A DNA stretch of 18,370 nucleotides, taken from an uncultured archaeon (GTDB lineage Archaea > Asgardarchaeota > Lokiarchaeia > Sigyniarchaeales > SOKP01). Each line of letters opens with the position of its first letter. Within the stretch, counting starts at the first letter, position 1. The notes beneath the pieces are model-generated. The model was not told where the DNA came from. It was given only the letters and a program-made list of their open reading frames with translations, and did no database searches. Position numbers and translations under genes: made by a program. The DNA lies in assembly GCA_964493715.1 (NCBI GenBank), contig CAZBPC010000007.1, positions 57,710 through 76,079 of the forward strand, read 5' to 3'. This document shows positions 1 through 7,225 of the stretch, piece after piece.

Positions 1-1599
1 TCAATAACCGAAGAAGACTCAGGAAGTGAAGCCACAGGATATGTAACAATTGAAGGACCATTTGAGTATTTCATAATTATAGAACAATTTGCTGAAGGAA
101 CATTTACTTTAGATTTGAATATGCTGGATCCGAAAATCTGCGAGCTTGGTTTCTATACAGCTACCCTCTATGCCGAGAATAATGATGAAGACGGATGGGT
201 TGGAGACGAAGAATCTACATCTATTAGCTTAGAATTCGAAATTACTGATGATGATGAAAATCCGCCTGTTATCACAATTACTTTAGGCGAGATAAATTGG
301 TATACATCAGGAGATTTAGTCAACTTCACGTTTACTGTTGAAGCATTTGACGAGAGTGATTTCAGTTCGATTTATATAAATATAGGTACATATACCGCAG
401 ATTTCTTAGGATATCATGAAGCAATTTTACCAGAGGGCTTTTTTGATCTAAACGTTATAATATGGGATAATGATAATGATCGGATAATTGAAGACGATAA
501 ATTATCTTCAACTGAGATACTCTATAATATCGTCTTAGATCTAACCCCTCCAGTAACAGAAATTATCATTGATCCTTTTTACGACGATGGATTAGGAAAT
601 ATTTATGTTACTTTAGCTACTCAATTTACTTTAGAAGCTACCGATGAGGTATCTGGTGTTGCACACACTTATTATTGGATTGATGATGGTCCCGTTAATG
701 AAGACATTCTAACATTTTCGTTAACAGATCTTCCAGATGGGATTTATAGAATCCATTTTCAAAGCATTGATGAAGTTGGTAATGAAGAAGACGTAAAATT
801 TATAGACGTAACTTTAGTCAGTATAACGGTAGAATCTTATATCTCTAACGGAGTAGCAGCTGACGTGATTGACGATTTCGACGTAATCTTTAGAAAATGT
901 AAAGAAGATGGCGTTAACGGCTTTATGCTAGTAGCTACAAATCCCGGTCAAGTATTCTATCACATCGATATAATTAATTATTGGCCTATACCTATAGATG
1001 AACTTACTATCTATCCTAATATCCCTTCAGATTTTGTGATGAAGAGCAGTGAACCTATCCATATCTATTTGGATGGAGTACAAATAACCACATCTTGCAT
1101 TATCGTCGATGGAACAATCAAAATACTCAATGTCCCCTCAGGTAGTAAAGTAGAGATTGTTATCCATTTAGATTACGGATTAAAAGGAACGTTTTATGAA
1201 TATCTGGAGGCATTTTGGTTAAGAATATATTCATTTGAACCCATTGTATATGGAGTTGGAGGAGATATAACAGATGAAAACAATTTATTAACTGGTACTT
1301 ATAGCTTTTCAACAGGATTTAAAGTATTTGAGAAGAAAGTTACAGCTATAGCCGGTTTTATTATGGACCAAAATGGAAATCCCATAGTAAATGCGATGGT
1401 AGAACTGCGACAGTCAGATGGAACCATTTTAGTGGCATTCACAGATGAAGATGGTCTCTATTTCTTTATTGAGCTAACGTGTGGAGATTACCAAATTCGC
1501 GTAGTTTATGAGGATTTAATATCTGAGTGGCAATTGGTAATTGCATTGAAGGATGAAATAACTTGGTTTGACTATATAGTAACTATTTTAATACCCTGA
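1..1599 (+). CDS. 5'-partial large acidic extracellular/surface-type protein with Ig-like repeats, an OmpL47-like beta-sandwich domain and a C-terminal carboxypeptidase-regulatory-like domain
   Basis: Frame is open from position 1 (SITEEDSGSEATG...), so the track start at 115 is internal. Very D/E-rich and beta-strand-like. Motifs: DLTPPVT...ATDEVSGVAHTYYWIDDG...SIDEVGNEE (from 538) and IAGFIMDQNGNPIVNAMVEL...TDEDGLYFF...GDYQIRV near the C-terminus. Ends at TGA 1597-1599. Confidence 0.7.
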   Translation, partial: SITEEDSGSEATGYVTIEGPFEYFIIIEQFAEGTFTLDLNMLDPKICELGFYTATLYAENNDEDGWVGDEESTSISLEFEITDDDENPPVITITLGEINWYTSGDLVNFTFTVEAFDESDFSSIYINIGTYTADFLGYHEAILPEGFFDLNVIIWDNDNDRIIEDDKLSSTEILYNIVLDLTPPVTEIIIDPFYDDGLGNIYVTLATQFTLEATDEVSGVAHTYYWIDDGPVNEDILTFSLTDLPDGIYRIHFQSIDEVGNEEDVKFIDVTLVSITVESYISNGVAADVIDDFDVIFRKCKEDGVNGFMLVATNPGQVFYHIDIINYWPIPIDELTIYPNIPSDFVMKSSEPIHIYLDGVQITTSCIIVDGTIKILNVPSGSKVEIVIHLDYGLKGTFYEYLEAFWLRIYSFEPIVYGVGGDITDENNLLTGTYSFSTGFKVFEKKVTAIAGFIMDQNGNPIVNAMVELRQSDGTILVAFTDEDGLYFFIELTCGDYQIRVVYEDLISEWQLVIALKDEITWFDYIVTILIP

Positions 1600-1634
1600 A
1601 ATCGCTAATGGTTAATAATTATTAAATTTAAATC

Positions 1635-1643
1635 TTTTTTTTT
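1635..1643 (+). terminator. Candidate archaeal oligo-T terminator
   Basis: T9 run about 35 nt after the stop of the upstream CDS. Confidence 0.4.
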
Positions 1644-1893
1644 ATATTTAAAAACGAGCTTAAATGTTCTTTCTCGCAATTTAATTAGTTAAATTATAAA
1701 AATTTTTTCTGTTCTTTTCATTAAAATTATCATAATAAATTATTTAATCATTAAAATTTAATTTGTAAACCCCATAATTTTTAATCCTTTTTCTACTATT
1801 TTCCATAATAAATCAGCATTTTTTTTTCAATATGAATTAAAATTGCTTATTTGATAATAAAATTGTTAAGAATCGCTAATATCGGCTAATGCG

Positions 1894-1917
1894 ATAAATA
1901 TATAAATATAAATATAT
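1894..1917 (+). promoter_or_regulatory. Candidate TATA-box region for the hdr cluster
   Basis: ATAAATATATAAATATAAATATAT upstream of the hdrA start at 2075. The region is very AT-rich, so specificity is low. Confidence 0.25.
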
Positions 1918-2020
1918 TCAAAGTTAAAATAAAATAAAGTCAATTATAAAAACGTAAGGTATTTCGTAATCGAAAGTTATAAGAATAGGATATAGCTCAA
2001 GAATTTAAAGAGTAAATACT

Positions 2021-2035
2021 AAGTCTATTAGACTT
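2021..2035. repeat. Perfect inverted repeat AAGTCTA-T-TAGACTT, possible operator
   Basis: 7-bp arms are exact reverse complements with a 1-nt centre, 40 nt upstream of the hdrA ATG. Confidence 0.45.
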
Positions 2036-2074
2036 TACAAAATTGTAGAAATAAGAGGTGGATGAATAAGAAAG

Positions 2075-4045
2075 ATGCTGTCTGATAATCAGACCATAAA
2101 TAAAAAAAAAGAGAGTACGAAAAAAATTGGGTATTACGCATGTCAATGAGGTATTAATATCAAAGGGAAAATTAATTGCAATAAACTGGTAGAATACGCT
2201 AAAGGACTTGATGGAGTAGTCATATCGAAGACGCACGCTTTTCTTTGAACCGAAAGTGGGCAAAATGAAATAATTGAAGACATCAAGGCAAAGAAATTAG
2301 ATCGAGTAGTTGCTTCAGCTTGAACTCCAAGAACTCACGAGCCAATTTATCGAGGATCAATATCGGAAACAGAAATGAGTCCTTATTATTTTCAGATGGT
2401 AAACGTGCGAGAACATTGCAGCTGGTGTACTGAAAGTAGTGAAGAAGCTCTTGAGAAAGCAAAAATTCTCGTGAGAAGTGGAATCGAACGCGCAAGGGGA
2501 TTAGAAATAGTTCCTATTAAAACCGTTTCCGTCGAAAAAGCGACATTAGTGATTGGTGGTGGAATTGCTGGAATGAATGCAGCATTAGATCTCGCTAATC
2601 AAGGAATTAAAGTCTACTTGGTTGAAGAGAAAACCACGATTGGAGGAAGGATGGCCCAGCTTGATCGAACATTTCCTACAGATGATTGTAGTATCTGAAT
2701 CTGTGGACCCATAATGTTGGAAGTAAATCGAAACAAAAATATTGAAGTCTTGAGCTTCAGTGAAGTAAAAAGCGTTAATGGTTATGTCGGGAATTATGAA
2801 ATCATAGTTGAGAAAAAACCTCGATTTATAGATACTGAAAAATGTAATGGGTGTGGTGCTTGCACTGAAAATTGCCCCACTTATACGACGAACTTTTTTG
2901 ATGAATTCTTAGGAGCAAGAAAAACAATTGATATCGCATTTGGACAGGCAGTACCATTTTTATATGATATACATCGTGAAACTTGCGTGGAATGTTTTGC
3001 CTGTGTGGAAGCTTGTGAGTTAGACGCTATAGATTTTAGCCAATTAGCCGAAGATATCACTTTTAAAGTAGGTACAATAATAATTGCGACAGGATGGGAT
3101 ATTTATGAACCATTTGGTGAATATGGTTATGGTGAATATGAAAATGTTATCACCCAAGCTCAACTCGAACGAATGCTTGCTCCAAATGGACCTTTAGAAG
3201 GTCACGTGCGAAGAATTTCTGATAATAAAAAACCACAAGAAATAGTGTTTATTCAATGCGTAGGAAGCAGAGAAACTGAACGAACGTATTGTTCGGGAGT
3301 ATGTTGCATGTTAGCCCTTAAAAACGGCAAGCTTCTCAAGGAAGAATTTCCAGATTCGAATATAACCATCTGTTATATAGACATTCGTACGAACGAAAAA
3401 GGTTTTGAAGAATATTACCAACGTGCGAAGAATTCTGATATCAGAATGATTCGAGGAAAAGTAGGAGAAATAACTGAAAATCCCGAAACTAAGGATGTGA
3501 AAGTGCGCGTTTATTCTTCATTAACTGATGAAATCATTAATATAAATGCAGATTTAGTAGTTCTATCAACAGCAGCATTACCAAGTAAAGGAACGAATAA
3601 AATCGCTAAGTTGCTGAATTTAGACCTCGATAGAAATGGTTTTCTTACGGAAAGCCATTTTGGTCTATCACCGCAGGAGACAAAAACAAAAGGGATTTTC
3701 ATTGCAGGATTTGCCCAAGGTCCAAAGGATATAGCCTATTCAGTTTCACAAGCTCGAGCAGCAGCAAGTAAGGTTGCGGAATTAACATCTGCAGGTGAAA
3801 TTGATTTGGAACTAATTGTAGCTGAAGTTGATAAAGAATTTTGCATATCCTGTGGGCGCTGTGAAAAAGAATGTCCAAAAGGAGCAATTAGAATCATTGA
3901 ATCTGAAGGAGCTGTTGTAGATGAGATAAATTGCGACGGTTGTGGAATTTGCGCGACTTGTTGTCCGACACAAGCAATTGATATTCGATATTTCCGAGAT
4001 GATCAATTAATAGCTGAAATTAATGGAATGTTAGAAGGTGGTTAA
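2075..4045 (+). CDS. hdrA: Selenocysteine-containing heterodisulfide reductase subunit A (656 aa; Sec at U25, U58, U83, U208)
   Basis: ATG 2075 is in frame with track ORFs 2375 and 2714. In-frame TGAs at 2147, 2246, 2321 and 2696 give IGYYACQUGINI, HAFLUTESGQ, VVASAUTPRTHEP and TDDCSIUICGP. These match IGVLICHCGINI, NLYSCSSDSQ, FIVASCTPRTHEA and TNDCSLCILAP in the paralogue at 8491. Also present: GGGIAG FAD motif, inserted 2x[4Fe-4S] ferredoxin, QCVGSR...YCSGVCC, GPKDI and a C-terminal ferredoxin. Stop is TAA. Confidence 0.93.
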
Positions 4046-4050
4046 ACGAG

Positions 4051-4494
4051 ATGGAATATAAGTATAATATAATAATGTTTGCTTGCCTAAAATGAGGCTA
4101 TGGAGCTGCTGATTTAGCTGGTGTTTCCCGAATGAAATACACTCCCGCAATAAAGATTATTAAAGTAAGGTGTACTGGAAGAGTGGATGCTAAATATATC
4201 CTTCATTCCATAAAACAAGGCGCTGATGGCGTGATGGTCGTAGGTTGAAGACCAGATGAGTGTCAATATAAGGTCGGGAATTTTACGGCTCAAAGGCATG
4301 TCGATTTTGCTAATCACATCTTAGAAAAAAGAGGTTTTGGTAACCAAAGAGTTAACATGTACTGGTTAAGTAGTGCTGAATCAGAGAAGTTAGTTAAAAG
4401 TGTTGAAGACGCTTTTGAAAAAATCCAACGTTTAGGTCCCAATCCGATAAGTACTCAGGGTTTAGAAAAAAAAGAAGTTGCAACAACCCCATAG
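4051..4494 (+). CDS. mvhD: Selenocysteine-containing MvhD/VhuD-type [2Fe-2S] subunit (147 aa; Sec at U15, U66); absent from the ORF track
   Basis: [46 protein letters not shown]...GADGVMVVGURPDECQY...NMYWLSSAE...LGPNP. TGAs at 4093 and 4246 align with CNWC and TGC of the Cys paralogue at 11598. AGGTGG SD-like motif at 4036-4041. Stop is TAG 4492-4494. Confidence 0.93.
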
Positions 4495-4552
4495 AATGAC
4501 TCCTATAAAAAAATTCTAGTTATAGGATGACTATCCTAGCAAGGATGGGGTT
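4485..4552 (+). promoter_or_regulatory. Eukaryote-like (Lokiarchaeia-type) SECIS element
   Basis: AUGAC (4496-4500), perfect 8-bp stem TCCTATAA (4501-4508)/TTATAGGA (4520-4527), 11-nt loop AAAAATTCTAG, then UGAC (4528-4531). This gives the UGAN/NGAN tandem G.A core. Possible basal helix AACCCCAT (4485-4492)/ATGGGGTT (4545-4552). Lies directly after two multi-UGA genes. Confidence 0.85.
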
Positions 4553-4601
4553 TAGTATTGTTTAATTTGTTTAATTTAAATAAAAAAAGATTTGAAAAAA
4601 T

Positions 4602-6110
4602 ATGGTATCAATAGAAAAGAACAGCATGTTTAGTAATATCCCTCTAGAAGATTTGATGGATGCAACCTATCTTGCTTCCACGAATTTTCAAGTCAGAGCA
4701 TTTTTTGAAGCAAAAAATGAAATTTTGAAGACAGGAAAATATTCAGAAAAAGAATTTTATGAAATTTTAGATGCTCTGGTTGATGCGGAAACCGAAAGAA
4801 AAATTGTTCTCGAAAGACTTCAAGGAAAATATCCGTTATTCCTATCAGAAATAGCAGGTGAAATCACGTTATTTCCCCCCGAAAATGTAATTCGTGATGT
4901 AATCTACTTGAAAGAACAAGGTTATGTAGAGGAACACGTTGAAATAAAGACCAAAATGGTCACGAAAAAGATAAAAGGTGAAGAGAAACAAGTTGAAGTC
5001 AAGGAATATTTTTACCGTTATCAAGCAAAAAAACTTCCCGATGATTTTATGGAAATTCATTTTAAACCTGTATCAATTGTATTTGATGCAGGAGTTTGCT
5101 GTCAATGTGGATGGTGCTCTTCTATATGCCCTGTAAATGCAATTACGGTAGATGCGGATAATTTAGAAATAGATGATGAATCTTGTATGAAATGTGGATT
5201 ATGTTTTAGTGTTTGTCCTCGTTCTTTTTCTATTGACCAAGCTAATGAAGCAATCAAGAAATTAGATAAAGAATTGAAATGGTCAGATAATATTGGAGCT
5301 TATTTCAACTCTTATTCGGGAAGTACTAAAAATGAAGATATAATGAAAGTAAGACAAGATGGAGGCGTAGTAACCACAATCGCCGAATATCTGTTAAAGA
5401 ATAAATTAGTAGACGCAGTAATTGCAGTACAACATTCAAAAGAGCTATGGAAACCTGAACCCGTCATTATCGATACCTTGAAAGATTTATATAAAACGGG
5501 AGGTACAAAATATGCGAATTCTCCATCTTTAAAAATAATAGATCAAGCTAAAAAGTATGATCGGGTGGCTTTTGTCGGAGTTCCTTGCATGATGAAAGCT
5601 CTGGAAAAAGGAACACTATTTCCATGTGGTTTACCCTTTTTTAAAAATATTAAATACAAGATCGGTCTTTTTTGCATGGAATCGTTTCCATACGATGGAA
5701 TTGTAAGGCTAGCAAAAGAGAAATTCAATAAAGACGTTAATGAATTGACAAAAATGAACATCGGGGGAGGTAAATTCATCATTAAAGTAAAATCTGGAGA
5801 ACAGTTAGATGTTCCACTAAATGATGTCAAGAGTTATGCTCGTCATAGTTGTCACTTTTGTGAAGACTTGACCTCGGATTATGCTGACATTTCTGTAGGA
5901 TCGATTGGGTCGCAAGATGGATGGTCTTCTGTAATAACGAGATCGAAAGATGCAGATAAATTATATAATGAAATTGTTAAAGCAGGATTAATTGAATCAC
6001 AGAGTTTGAAAGATGTAAAGCCCGGACAATTTTTAGTTGAGCGAATTGGCGGAACGAAAAGAAAAAATTGTAAACCAATAAATTTGAAAGAGAATCAAGA
6101 TGACCACTAA
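4602..6110 (+). CDS. FrhB/FdhB-family (F420-interacting flavoprotein) with a 2x[4Fe-4S] ferredoxin and an N-terminal ~150-aa helical/winged-helix-like extension
   Basis: CCQCGWCSSICP and CMKCGLCFSVCP ferredoxin motifs. FrhB motifs RQDGGVVT, VAFVGVPC, IGLFCMESF and CHFCEDLTSDYADISVGSIGS. Confidence 0.88.
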   Translation: MVSIEKNSMFSNIPLEDLMDATYLASTNFQVRAFFEAKNEILKTGKYSEKEFYEILDALVDAETERKIVLERLQGKYPLFLSEIAGEITLFPPENVIRDVIYLKEQGYVEEHVEIKTKMVTKKIKGEEKQVEVKEYFYRYQAKKLPDDFMEIHFKPVSIVFDAGVCCQCGWCSSICPVNAITVDADNLEIDDESCMKCGLCFSVCPRSFSIDQANEAIKKLDKELKWSDNIGAYFNSYSGSTKNEDIMKVRQDGGVVTTIAEYLLKNKLVDAVIAVQHSKELWKPEPVIIDTLKDLYKTGGTKYANSPSLKIIDQAKKYDRVAFVGVPCMMKALEKGTLFPCGLPFFKNIKYKIGLFCMESFPYDGIVRLAKEKFNKDVNELTKMNIGGGKFIIKVKSGEQLDVPLNDVKSYARHSCHFCEDLTSDYADISVGSIGSQDGWSSVITRSKDADKLYNEIVKAGLIESQSLKDVKPGQFLVERIGGTKRKNCKPINLKENQDDH

Positions 6111-7212
6111 ATCATTTCAAGATTTAATTAAGGAAGTACATGAGAAAGGAATTTGTCAAGAATGTGGAGGCTGTGTAAGCTTTTGTAGCTCAGCAGAATT
6201 TAACATTATTGGATTTAAGGACCAATATTCTCCTCCAGTATATATTAATAAGGATAAATGCTTGGAATGTGGAATATGTTATTATATTTGTCCTCAAACC
6301 CATATTATAGATGATGAACTTAACAAAACGTATAATTTTTCAGATTACGCGTCAATGCCTTTAGGAAATTTCGAAAACATTTATTCTTGTCAAGCTACCG
6401 ATAAAGAGTTCTTGGACTATGGAACTGATGGTGGCGTGGTAAATTCAATCATTAATTTCTTAATTGAAAAAAAAATGATAGATGGTGCCGTCGTCTCCAA
6501 AACTGAAGCTCCATTTTCAAGAGAAGCAACTTTTGCCGATAGTAAGTATGATTTATTAAAAGCTTCGGGAGTAAAGTTAAATATTACCCCTCAACTGGAT
6601 GAAATTCAAAAGTTTTGTACTTACACTCATTCAATTCCAAAATTGAACCATTATAAATTTAAAAAATTAGCAGTGGTAGGGACACCGTGTCAGCTATATA
6701 CTATTGCTTGCATGAAAGATTTGGGCGTTACACCTTCCCAGAATGTTGAAGTTTGTCTAGGATTATTTTGTTATGAAAATTTCTTCTTCGAAAAATCACA
6801 AATTGAAAAGTTCGAAAAGGATTTTAACATTAAATTTAGCGAAATTAAAAAGATAAATATCAAGGAAGATGTCATATTTACACTAAAAGATTTAGGGCCT
6901 GGTGAGAAGAATATTCACGTCCCTTTTAATCATTTAAAAGATTATATGCGTGCTGCTTGTAATGCGTGCGCTGATTTTACAAACATATATTCTGACATTT
7001 CGTTTGGAGGATTAGGGTCTCCAGAAAAATATACGACCGTTATTCCTCGAACTGAAAAAGGAAAGGACTTATTTAAAAAAGTCCTTAACGCCGGCGTAAT
7101 TAAACAAAGAGATCTTAGCGACGAGAAAAAGAGAGAGATGGTGAATCTCATCACTCAATTTTCTAAGTCAAAAGTTAACCGAAAGGAACAATTCATGAAA
7201 AATTTATCTTAG
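6100..7212 (+). CDS. Second FrhB/FdhB-family protein with N-terminal ferredoxin
   Basis: CQECGGCVSFC and CLECGICYYICP. FrhB motifs GTDGGVV, AVVGTPCQ, GLFCYENF and CNACADFTNIYSDISFGGLGS. Overlaps the upstream gene by 11 nt. Confidence 0.88.
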   Translation: MTTKSFQDLIKEVHEKGICQECGGCVSFCSSAEFNIIGFKDQYSPPVYINKDKCLECGICYYICPQTHIIDDELNKTYNFSDYASMPLGNFENIYSCQATDKEFLDYGTDGGVVNSIINFLIEKKMIDGAVVSKTEAPFSREATFADSKYDLLKASGVKLNITPQLDEIQKFCTYTHSIPKLNHYKFKKLAVVGTPCQLYTIACMKDLGVTPSQNVEVCLGLFCYENFFFEKSQIEKFEKDFNIKFSEIKKINIKEDVIFTLKDLGPGEKNIHVPFNHLKDYMRAACNACADFTNIYSDISFGGLGSPEKYTTVIPRTEKGKDLFKKVLNAGVIKQRDLSDEKKREMVNLITQFSKSKVNRKEQFMKNLS

Positions 7213-7225
7213 AGAGGAGAAAACA

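Noticed and set aside
1597-1608. Sec read-through of the first CDS's TGA
   Set aside because: It would add only two residues before TAA, there is no redox motif, no SECIS is seen downstream, and an oligo-T tract follows.
2147-2740. Bacterial-type SECIS hairpins directly after each UGA
   Set aside because: Only weak, dissimilar pairings (e.g. GGTATTAATATC after 2147). No shared structure is visible across the six sites.
2147-4249. Purine at the +4 position of all six Sec codons as a recoding signal
   Set aside because: The two genuine TGA stops are also followed by A, so the context does not discriminate.
2075-4494. hdrA and mvhD as pseudogenes with nonsense mutations
   Set aside because: All six internal stops are TGA, all sit at conserved Cys positions, there are no frameshifts or TAA/TAG interruptions, and a SECIS-like element follows.
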